A stretch of 64,000 bases of DNA. Origin: Macrostomum hystrix. Taxonomy: Eukaryota; Animalia; Platyhelminthes. Under the pieces are notes generated by a model that worked only from the letters and a program-made list of their open reading frames with translations, did no database searches and was not told the origin of the DNA. A program made the translations under genes and the position numbers. The stretch's first letter is position 1. Every line of letters starts with the position of its first letter. Of this stretch, positions 34,961-45,655 are shown in pieces. Location: positions 9,114,001 to 9,178,000 of the forward strand of contig CATNEN010000001.1 of NCBI GenBank assembly GCA_950097015.1, given 5' to 3'.

Positions 34961-37900
34961 TTAAGCGCAATTGCTGCCAAACGGAGCGATGAGGCGCAGG
35001 ATGACGTAGCCTTGGTCGTTGCTCAGGTTGCCACCAGAGATGCTCAAACAGCCGCTACCGCCACAGAACGAGCCGCCGCCGCCGCCGCATTGGTCTCCGT
35101 CAACTCCAGCACCGCCGCCGCTGTAGCCGCCGCCAGCACCGGCCGCTCCGCTGTAGGACGTCGTCCCGTATCCGCCGCCTCCACCGCCACCGAAGCCGCC
35201 GTGGGCCGGGCAGCCGTTTCCCGACAGACCGCCGGCCCAGTTGTCAGTCCGACCGCGACCGCCGTCGCCCTTGTGAATCTCAGTTCTAGTGGCAGCCTTG
35301 GCGAGCCAGCCGGCGCCGCAGCCGCCATAGTTAACACCTCCTGGTGTGTTGGCAACATTGTTTGTGCCCGGATTTCCATCGCTACCGCCAGTGCCAATCA
35401 GAGTCGCCTATAAAAGCACGTGCGGATTTTCTTCGTTTGTAACGTACTCGGCGAGTAACAGGAGGACTAACAAGCCATTTTGTCGCCAAGGAAGGCAATT
35501 TTCCTCACATCTCTGTCTAGATAAAGGTTGGTGACCACTGAAGTCGGAGATGTGAGGCAGGCACATTCGGGTGACGCGCTGATAAAGTTTGAAGGCCTGG
35601 CAAGGCCGCGCTGAGGCGCAGCGCGAATTTCATACACGTCTAGTGGTGTATGACATACGCAAGCTCTTATGGGAAACATCAGACCTTCGGCAAGAACCGT
35701 TGAATATGTTGCTTCGTTCAGGTGCAGCACAAAATGTTGTGATGGGGAATTCCCTCCCATGGTATATTAATCGTACTCGTAGTTCTACGGTTAAATCCAG
35801 CTTATTAAAATTATTCCTACCGAAGTTCCCATTGAGTTTGAGCCGCTAGTTGACGATTCGCCAGGTCGACCTGTGAAATGTTTTGTGTAGGGAAGACGAA
35901 ATTTAAGACAGCTAGTCACTACATAGACTGGGGGAGTGCCAGGGAACGGAATATCTTGCTAACAGATGCAAGAAGCCTGTCAGAGCGTTTTAGTTAGCAG
36001 TAGAAAGAGCAAGCTTTTGTAACCCCTGGGGAAGACCACGTGGTATTTCAAATACCCACTGCCAACTTCACGGTAGCTCCCGAACCGAATGACCGGTTTT
36101 CATGAAACTTCACTATCTGAATCAAAATTTTCCGCCATTTACAATGAAATAACTTTCAAAGCCGTCCGACGTCAGCATCGTCAAGATATTCAGCGATTCT
36201 TGTCGGAGACCCTGGTGACCAGGACAAGAAACATTGCTCTGCATAAACCTATGTGGCGAATCCATATTCTTTCAAAAACGAAAAAGTTAACAGTTTATTC
36301 AATCCAAATTAGTATAGAATGATAGCCTACATGTCATTAAATTTTGTGAGCAGAAAAATGATGCCTATATTGGTGATTTTTGCCAGCAGACACGCCGACA
36401 AGAATCGTTGAATATCTCGACGGTGCCAATGTTTTGTGATTCAGGAAATTGTATCATCGGATAGAGCGGAAAATTGTGGCGATCGGTTGAATATTTTCGG
36501 AGATACAGAAAGATTAACATTTTGGGATATTGAAATTTGAAATACCCCCGTGGTCGTGTTAAAATTAAATGCAGTAAATTATTTACATCAGCGAGTGAAG
36601 TCAGAGAAACGCACCATTGTTCGTGTAGGACGCTCCACCACCGCCGCCAGCAGCCATCAGCAGCTGATTATTCGCTGTCAGGTACACGAAGCTGCCTCCG
36701 CCACCTCCGCCGCCGGAGTTGGTAGCGGCAGACGGACCGCCCGCCTGTCCGACCACAATGGACAGCTCGTTGCCAGCAGTCAGGCTGACATTGCCAGCAA
36801 CCAGGGCACCTCTGCCGCCGAACTTGTCGTTGCTAACGACTGTATTATCGCCACCCTTGGCACCAGCGATGTCTATACGGTAGCAGCCGGTAACGTTGAT
36901 CACCATTTGCTGGACGGCGCCAATCCGTCCAGTTGTGATGTCTGAAAATGGAATCCGACCCAATGGCACCGCGAATGTCATGTCAGGTGAATTTTTAACT
37001 AACTCGAGGACATGTAAGTGGCTACTAATGATAATAATTGTAGGAGGGCAGCGGGCGATGGCACATCCAGCCAGCGAGGAGGCAATTCTGCCCATTTCGT
37101 TAACTCCTGAGCACACACGCACACAGATACTGTACGCAGGCACAAGCTCGCACAGGGGTGTATACATCGGCTCTAGTAGTTTGGCCCTCCGAAGCCCTCA
37201 AGCCCTGTCTTAAATTGATGGGACCTCGCAACGGAATCGAGCTAGGTAAGAGAGGTAAGAGAGGCTTGCAAAAGAGATAAAAGAACTTACTCGTGAACAC
37301 CCTGGTGATGTTGATACTCGGAATCGGCTTCACCAGTTCATCGAAGCCCTGGGATTTCATCACAATGGCATCCGGTTCGCCACCCAGGATTCGCAAATTG
37401 CTGCTTCCAGAGGAGCCGGAGGCCGGATTGATTGCCACCAGCTGGCAAAGACTGCTGCTTCTCCAGAACACCGAGGCAGCGCAGCCCTTCATCAGGCATC
37501 GAACCGCGCACTCCTCAACGGATGCCACGCCGCTGATGTTGAACACCTGGCTAATGACTGACGTCGTGTTGATGACGAGCAAGCCATTGTGCTGGATGTA
37601 GCGAGTTTGATTACACTGGCCTTTGTTGTTGAAATTGATAGGCATTTAAATTCGCATCAAAACTAAAGTCAATGCACTAAAGTCTTTGTCAAGGCACAAA
37701 GACACCCGAGGGTTGAGTTATACTCGTAGAAAGTTTGCCTCCCTGAGCTCGAACGAGGCCACATTCATTTTTAGGGCGCAGCCGCGGTGAGAAGACTTAA
37801 TGCTTGTCGTTCAATTTACGCCATTGAGGGCCAACCTCCAAGGCACTGCGTACAGTATCTGTGTGCGTGTGTGCTCAGGAGTCAGCGAAACGGGCAGAAT

Positions 37901-38085
37901 TGCCTCCTCGCTGCCTGTGGGTCTAGTGTCACCGAATGATGTGCCATTGCCCACGGCCATCCAACAGTTATTGTTTCTTATCGACGAAGTTGTCCAAGAG
38001 CAGAAACACTGTTACCTTGCGCTATTGGAATGCAGCAGGAAGCCAGGGCTATCCAGACAGTAATGATGAGTTTTGCTATTTCCAT
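34961..38085 (-). CDS. Secreted PAN/Apple + ALK/LTK-like glycine-rich domain protein, paralogue C (~407 aa); exons 38016-38085, 37291-37620, 36615-36941, 35821-35870, 34961-35407
   Basis: Signal peptide MEIAKLIITVWIALASCCIPIAQG; RYIQHNG…EECAVRCLMKGC…LC; TGCYRIDIAGAKGG; C-terminus GYVILRLIAPFGSNCA*; same intron phases as A and B. Confidence 0.85.
35490..35760 (-). mobile_element. Family C interspersed repeat
   Basis: Reverse complement matches 7262-7480 and 41730-41985. Confidence 0.75.
36033..36555. mobile_element. MITE-like family D element with ~20-bp imperfect terminal inverted repeats
   Basis: GACCACGTGGTATTTCAAA at left versus TTTGAAATACCCCCGTGGTC at right; non-coding; related copies elsewhere in the window. 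Confidence 0.6.
37030..37262 (-). mobile_element. SINE family B (deleted copy)
   Basis: GGAGGGCAGCGGGC…GAGGCAATTCTGCCC…CTCCTGAGCACACACGC matches family B. Confidence 0.8.
37735..37970 (+). mobile_element. SINE family B (deleted copy)
   Basis: GGCCACATTCATTT…GTGCTCAGGAGTCAGCGAAACGGGCAGAATTGCC matches family B. Confidence 0.8.
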
Positions 38086-39467
38086 TGCTGGAATATTCAG
38101 CTAGTGGGTCTATAATTCTATCCCTGTAGATAATGCGCTTCATTTTATGCCAGTATTTTTCTGTCAACAATTTTTTTAAACCAAGTCATACTGCCCAATT
38201 CATTGGCTTTGTTACCTAAGCTAGTACAGTAGACAGCGCTGCATATTTAATTGAAAGCACAAGAGCTCCATAATTTTTAGGCACGAAAAATAGCATATGC
38301 ATAATCTATCATACAACTTGTAGTTCTTAGTTGATACGATGGAAATACGACAGCTAGAGAGCTGTCGTATTTCTCATGGATTTCGTACTCCGATGGATAC
38401 GATGGAAATGCGAAAACTGCGGACAAGGATGCGAGTAAGCCAATTGTATGCAATCTGACAAGTGCCAATAAACTTCTGCCAGTGATACATTAAAAAAATA
38501 ATTTTTTTTCCTAGTTTTTTTCTATATTGACATTTGCAACTGTCTCTTCATACTTTGTTTTACCCTTTTACAAAAAAGTTATCAAAATTGTAATCTGAAA
38601 CACGTGAAAGTCGCATTTTCACGTGCATTTTTACGTGAAAATCTGCCTTTATTAAATTTTCCAAGAAACGAAGCGCCCCGTCCTTCTTCTTCAAGTAGTC
38701 CTTGGTATAGTCCTCGGTACAGTATACGTAATCATTGAAAATTGTCCTTACATGGCCTTCTATTCTACTTGTAAGTAAGCAAAATAAAACAAAGGAAGTT
38801 TACTTTTCTCACCTGAATTCAATTTCTATTTGATTTCTATACTTTCCCGCGACTGATCAATTTCCGTTTTGTCAAATTTTGAATACGCACTTTAAATGTT
38901 TGAAGTATATTTACCGTTGATGCAAATAAGCGTTTAAACTAAAATAAATAAACTCCGATGTAATCGGTATGCGAATGTCAGTAAGAACTAAAATAGGCGG
39001 CTACAATAAATACAGAGAATCTTGTGCTGAATCGTCAATAGAGAATCACAATGAAAGTATTAAGTAAAAAGTACAGTTCCACGATATACAGTGTAAGCAC
39101 GAGAAGAGGACTTATAAAGTGCAAAAAAGAAAGTTGTCCGTAATTCTTCCGTGGAAAGAATAAAAGTTTTTTTTCAAAGAGATTATAGGAAACCGGTTAA
39201 AAGCCTTTTGCAAAAACATGCATATCTATCTAAAAATTATGATGGTTCTTAATAGCAGCAATCAACGTGTCCGACGATCGTATGAAAAAATTTATTCCCT
39301 ATTTATTGTTAAATTATATTCGCTTGCTTTTCGTCGGGTTTAGTCAAATGTACAAGTATATACTAGAATTAGACAAAAAATTAAAATATAGTTTTTTTTC
39401 AATTTATATTATTTCCAACTTCAGAGCACGAATTAATGAACATAATTTTTAAGAAAGTTCTTAAATT

Positions 39468-40361
39468 TCACTCGTCATCGGACCTGTTCATCCACTCGAG
39501 AAATTCTCGATAATTGATTCTGCCGTCGCAGTTCTTGTCGCTGTTGGCAAAGAATCTTTCAACATCGACGGCGCCGAACATTGAGCCAGCGCCCATCTCT
39601 CGAATGGCCTGATTGATTGAATTGCGCAGAATGTAAAATTACGATAGGGAAATTCTTTCATCTCTACTTACAGTAGAAAATGTGAAAAGTTGTAGTATAT
39701 TATACAAAATGCTAAATTTAAATTCTCGTCATATAGCAGGCACCTGTTGCAGCTCCTCTTTCGTGATGAAACCGTTGCCATCTTTGTCAATCTTTTCAAA
39801 TAGCTGTCGCCACTGGGTATAACGGTAGACAATGGCCCTGTATGAATAATGACTCAATATTTTAAAATGGTAATGAAATATAAGGATATTTTACATTGAA
39901 ATTAAAATTTAAATCAATTTTTCAAGATAACTCACTGCCTCTGAGCTCTTGGTATCTCGTTGAGTGTCTTCTGGTATTCCTCCAAGGTGATTTTGCCGTC
40001 TCGATTGTGATCAAACAGTCGTAGATATTTCTGAGTTTTCAATTGAAAGTGCATGTATCGATCGTAAGCGAGTTCATGGGTGAGTTCATGAGTGAGTTCA
40101 TGAGTGAGGAAAGAATGTGTGAATGGGAGTGTAAAAGTTTATATGCGACTCTTTTTTTCAGATTAAAAAATGCAGATCCAATCGAGATGTAAAATACAAA
40201 AAATAACAAGTAACGGTGAGCATGCGGGAGCTCACCTGCACAAAAAGCTCATTGTGATGCCGCTTGTACAGATACTCTCGCAGTTCGTCTGCTGTGACAA
40301 CTCCGGCACCTTTCTTGTCAATCATCTTGAAAGCGCGCAGTAACTCCTCCTCAGTGGTCAT
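39468..40361 (-). CDS. Four-EF-hand calmodulin-like calcium-binding protein (~151 aa); exons 40236-40361, 39936-40030, 39744-39837, 39468-39608
   Basis: EF loops DKKGAGVVTADE, DHNRDGKITLEE, DKDGNGFITKEE and DKNCDGRINYRE; exon phases consistent. Confidence 0.88.
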
Positions 40362-41396
40362 TGTGCTGGCCTGGCTTCGAATGAAAACTCAATCCCGCTT
40401 CAAACAAATTTGTTCTAGTTCTAGTTCTAGAATATATTTCTGCGCACCGGGTTGAGTATGCCCAGAGCAGCTTTTAAACAATACAATTGTGTCTATAGAC
40501 CTCAATTCACCTGTATCTATAGAAACCTTCTGTTAGCAAACTGCTCAAACAATATGGGGATATTCTATCCTGAGATGTGCTGTCGGCCTCCAGACTCGGT
40601 GTATTTACTCGTCTGTTTTACACTAAGCCTACATGTAGCATGCCATTGGCCACTGAGCCCCTGGTAGCTGCATGACCCAGTCACTCAGCCTCCTAACAAC
40701 CTGGCCAATGTTGACCGAGAGCAGAAAGGCTGCGGGCGGACCGCTCATGCGTGTGTTCCTCTGCTCAGGCACAGCGCAATCGACGCGAGGAGGATGAGGC
40801 GGGGAAGGGGAGAATAGAGAACAAGATTTTTTGGGAAGAACGCGACCACCGCTCTACAGCATCAGGCTGCTGGGAGAATGGCTTGGGCTCAAGCCCAGGT
40901 GAGCCCGAATAGGACAAGGCATGATACGAACTCTCACCTGGGCTTCAAGGTCAGCGTGCTCTCTCAGCCCACCTCAATGCCTGCTGCTGCATTCGTTGCC
41001 TCTCTCTACTCTATAGATTGCTTTCCACCTTTTACGTCATTTGAGCTCACTTTTCCGTGATAAGGAGTGCTTCATCCATGACTTTCTCTCTCCATTGAAG
41101 GTTAGAAACGACAGTATTACATTTATTATATAAAAAACTCCAATGAAAGTCAAAAGACACCTGCAGTCCGTTTTTGAACGTGTAAAGACCGTTATTGAAC
41201 AGTTTTGGCTGGTACCTAGTTTTTTAGTTAATGTAATCTAGATCTAAAGGAGTATATTTCTTTACATGTAAGCTTTGATTTTGAACTCCCTGTATTGACC
41301 TCGCTTGACATAACCAAAAGCTACGTCCATTGTAAATGGAGAGATGTTTCTATCGATTTCTTTAAGACACACATGCAAACACTTCGTTAATTGTGA

Positions 41397-41552
41397 GTGG
41401 TTGTAGCTTAATGGTAAGAGCGTCGGACGTAGGATGTCGATGCGTCGTCGGTAATTGATTGTGGGTGTGGCGTCCCCCTGTCCATGGACTGAACAGCCGT
41501 ACGCAGCCTTCAGAGGCGCCACACAATAGCTGCAGCTGTGCGCATCTGGCCC
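41397..41552 (+). mobile_element. SINE family A, internally deleted
   Basis: GGTTGTAGCTTAATGGTAAGAGCGTCGGAC head joined to GTGGGTGTGGCGTCCCC…GTCCATGGACTGAACAGCCGTACGCAGCC. Confidence 0.8.
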
Positions 41553-41729
41553 GATTCTGTTAACAGTCTTTAACAAAGTAAAGTTTTATCGCTATTTGGT
41601 TCAAATTTGGCTAAAATCTAAAATTCTAATTCCAAGTTGAAGCAACCAATTTAAGCTTTAAACATTCTAATTTAACAAAGACCGTTAAAAGCCTAAGTTG
41701 CGTCAGTTCTTTCAACAGTATAACTACCA

Positions 41730-42410
41730 AGGGGGGAATTTCCCCCAGACAATGATTTTTGCTGCACCCGAACGGAGCAACGCAAGCACACGAAACTCAA
41801 GAACACGGGCCAACTTTTTGTTGCGCATCTTCTGAAACGAGAATCATGTCGCCAGCCCTTCAGAATGTCGGGATATTTTACCGTTTCGGTCGAAGGTCAG
41901 ATTTTTCCCGTAAGGATAGTGTATTTCATAACCCATACATGACTTTGCACTGCGCCTCAGTGCAGTCTTTCCAGGATTGTTTGACAGACTAGACGATTGT
42001 CCTGTGTTTGAGCTTCGTCCCATGTTGAGGCTGCTCAGCGAAATGAGAGAGAAATCAGAGAGAGAAATCAGAGAAATTTGCATCAGGGTTTCCATATTCA
42101 GCTACTTGTTGAAGGTCCAGCAGCTCCGTTTAGATAATGGTCGGTGACCCCCGAAGTCGTAGATGATGCTGGCACATTTGGGTGTATAGGGGTGTACACA
42201 TATAAGCTCAATAGGGGTGTATACACAAGCTCTTATGGAAAAATCTGACCTTCGGCCAGAACCTTTGAATATCTCGACGGTCTGAAGGGCTGGCGACCTG
42301 ACTCTTGATTCGAAACATGCGCAACAAAAATTTTGCCTGTGTTCTTCAGTTTTGTTTGCTTGCGTTGCTCCGTTCGGGTGCAGCACGAATCGGGGATTTC
42401 CCCTCCCCGG
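41730..42410. mobile_element. Two family C copies in inverted orientation (foldback of ~680 bp)
   Basis: GCTGCACCCGAACGGAGCAACGCAAGCA at 41761 and its reverse complement at ~42357-42384; similarity extends ~200 bp. Confidence 0.8.
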
Positions 42411-42568
42411 AATAAAAACGGGCGGCAAAATGGCTTGGTAGTCTAAGCTAAGCTTCTAAATCTTCCAAGTTGACATGCGACTCCGTATTCTCTCCGTTGG
42501 GGGAACTGCTGACCAACGCTGTCATCCCCATCTTGATCCGTGTCATTGCTATCATGGGCTATCGACAG

Positions 42569-44247
42569 CTATTCAATTTTTGCATCGGTGCATCCTCTAT
42601 CAAGGCGTGCAGCCAGCGGCGAAGCGCTCGCCATCAGGATGTCGTGAATGAGTTCGGCAGCTTCCAGTACGGTTAGCAGAGAGCAGGCCAAATAGAGGCC
42701 CAGCAGGCCGCCAGTGTCCGCCACCAGGTTGACAAGATCGTAGGCCTTCTCCATCTGGACCGCCGAGCCCAGACTTTTAGCAGTGACGACGCGGACGCGC
42801 AGGACTTGGTCCTGCATGAAGCCAGTGCCCATGACTATAGTGTGAGTGGTCAAATTTTCCAGCATTGAATTCAGCACACTAATCATGTCCATGTAGCCTG
42901 GATGGGGAATGCTCGGAAACTTTGATATTTTATCTAGGACCAGCGCTCTGAAACGAGTGAGAATTTCGCGCTGAAATGATGAATAGACGCGAGGCCAGTT
43001 GCCGAACGAGTAGCTGTAGATGTACTTGTATGTCTGGCACGGTCTAAGCTTGTTGCAGTACTGCTGCATTGATTTCTGGTCCTGCCTGTTACTAGAATAA
43101 GCGTCGCTGTTCAAATCACTAATAAACTGTGACAGCGTCACCTCGCCAGCTAAAACCCGATACTGGCATTCAGGCAATTGCTGACGTTACGAAGGGCACG
43201 GTCGTGTGGCAGCAGGTGGCTAACGCACCTACTCTGCTGCAGCAGCAGTTGGTTGGCTCGTTCAGCTCGGCACAAGTACTCACTGTACTCATAGAACGTC
43301 TCCGCGCCATCGTACGGACTGAGAATGTGACTTGGGTTCGGATTTGTTGAGCATGGCATTCCGTTGGATAGGATCAGACGCTCAACGGAGAGCTCAATCC
43401 GATAGTCCTTGCCAGAGCTCAGCTGAATCATGGAGTCCGAGTCGGGGTAGTGGCCCCGCTTGGCGAAGTAGAGATTAACTCCGCTAGTCGTCTCGGGCTC
43501 CAGGCCGGACACGAAATCCCACCCGATAAAACTGGCCCTGCTGGTGTTGGCGACGGGAATCGACAACAGGGTTGTATTCTTGGCGAAGCCAAAAAATGCC
43601 GCGTCCAGAAATAGAGACACCTCCAGGTAGCTGCCCTCAGAGCTCAAAACCTTAGGCTGCTCAACCGTGGGTATAAGCCTCAGGCAGTTGAGCTCACTTG
43701 GACTATAGAAGGGCGCAACAGAAACTAAATAGCCCAGGGCGCCGTTGAAAGATGTTACCAAGACAAACTGAAAAGCTTGGTTTCCCAGTGTACTCAGCCG
43801 TCCGTACGGGATGGTCGCTAGAAGAGATTTTGCAAAGAAGGCGGCCTGACTTTCGTTGGCAGGTGTACGCAGCAGTCCAAGGAGCTGCTTCACAAAGCCA
43901 TCGAATCTAGCCAAATAGCTTGGCGGCAGTGAGCACGGATAGCTACCCGAAATGATAGCCTTGTTGCAGATGATCAAGTCTGAGTTCTGCTTTAGCGTCG
44001 CGGTCTCAGGCTTCTCCAGGTAGTTTGATATGAAGCCTGGCACCTAGGTGACGAATAAAGCGAGGCAGAGTACAAACCCAACGAACCAGAGTAGCTTGAC
44101 GTAAATTGGTCGCTGACCAACCAGTCTAGCTAGACCGTGCGCCGTGGCGTTCGAAAGCCACGCGTCCAAAGGATGCGCCAAAATTGATTTTACATGGTCA
44201 CTCGAATTCTCCTCGTGATGGGTTTGTCTGTCGCCCGTCGTTGTCAT
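42569..44247 (-). pseudogene. Intronless DEG/ENaC (ASIC-like) channel gene with an in-frame TAG (44044-44046) and a frameshift (~43150-43177)
   Basis: N-terminal NATAHG (HG motif), TM1 LLWFVGFVLCLALFV, IICN, Cys-rich ectodomain, PC..Y..SYS…WP, TM2 YDLVNLVADTGGLLGLYLACSLLTVLE. Confidence 0.8.
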
Positions 44248-45022
44248 GGCAACTAGATGGGATTTCAGGTGGGATTTTCGTATAAAATGATCGCAATTAT
44301 TTCAAATTGATTACAAATACTTGCAATGACTTACCTGTAAAAGGAATTATTACGTCAAAAAATTGAGACTTTATCAAAGCTCTAATCAAAGCGGTTCTGG
44401 AGCTAATTTTACCTGGGCTTGATAGGACGAAACTGCTATCTATAAGAGGCTCATTTGTAAATATTTGGCAAGTTCATTTGCTATTTCGTTCAATTATAAA
44501 GTCACCTAGCATTTCAGGTGGAAAATGGATTAAGTACAAAATTAATTGTAAGCTTTCTAGAATGGCTTGTTTGATTGCTGAAGCACAACATTTCACCATA
44601 ATTTAAATTTTTTCCCTTTTAAACTGTGTTTCAGAAGTGCCAGTACAAGCCAGTTGTGGGCAAACACTAAACTACAAAAAGTGTAAAACGCTTTAAAAAA
44701 CAATTTTCTAAGAAAAAGTATTTATATTTAACAAAAGTTTACTTGTATTTCAAACTTAATTAGTTAGGTACCTGCCATTCCCATTGATTGGAGAAAATTG
44801 CTTTTATATGTGGTATATAAGATGAAAAAATATAGTTTCTGCATTGTGATGGGTGCCAACAGTTTAGAAAAAAAGCTAGACGTTTCTTTTATGAAGATAC
44901 GAGTACTTCAGTATGCGCTAATAACAGTTACTCAATATTAAAAAACACAAGAAACATTTATATAGAAAGTCTGTTTAATCAACAGAAAAAAATTATAATT
45001 TAAGAAACTTAAATTAGCCAAA

Positions 45023-45655
45023 AGAGACATCTCACAGGCGTACAGGGAAGGTTGAGACATCTCATAGGTAGACAGGGGAGGTAGAGACATCTCACAGGTG
45101 GACTGGGAAGGTAGAGACATCTCACAGGTGGACTGGGGAGGTAGAGACATCTCACAGGTGGACAGAGAAGGTAGAGACATCTCTTGTAGGTGGACAGGGA
45201 AGGTAGAGACATCTCACAGGTGCACAGGGAAGGTTGAGACATCTCACAGGTAGACAGGGGAGGTAGAGACATCTCACAGGTGGACAGAGAAGGTAGAGAC
45301 ATCTCTTGTAGGTGGACAGGGAAGGTAGAGACATCTCACAGGTGGACAGGGGAGGTAAAGACATCTCACAGGTGTAGAGACATCTCTCGTAGGTGGACAG
45401 GGAAGGTAGAGACATCTCTCGTAGGTGGACAGGGAAGGTAGAGACATCACGTAAGTTGACAGGGTAGGTAGAGACATCTCGTGGGCGGACAGAAAAGGTA
45501 GAGACATCTCGTGGGCGGACAGAAAAGGTAGAGACATCTCGTGGGCGGACAGAAAAGGTAGAGACATCTCGTAGGTGGACAGGGAAGGTTGAGACATCTC
45601 GTAGGTGGACAGGGAAGGTTGAGACATCTCACATGTGGACAGGGAAGGTAGAGAC
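45023..45655. repeat. 30-bp minisatellite (GAGACATCTCACAGGTGGACAGGGAAGGTA), ~21 copies
   Basis: Direct periodicity. Confidence 0.96.

Noticed and set aside
21077-37167. Calling the Gly-rich ORFs bacterial PE-PGRS proteins, contamination or true ALK/LTK receptors
   Set aside because: They have spliceosomal introns and signal peptides, and terminate right after the GRD with no EGF, TM or kinase exons.
43150-43185. A 36-nt GT-AG intron rescuing the DEG/ENaC frameshift
   Set aside because: Its length is a multiple of 3, so it keeps the wrong frame and meets TGA three codons later.
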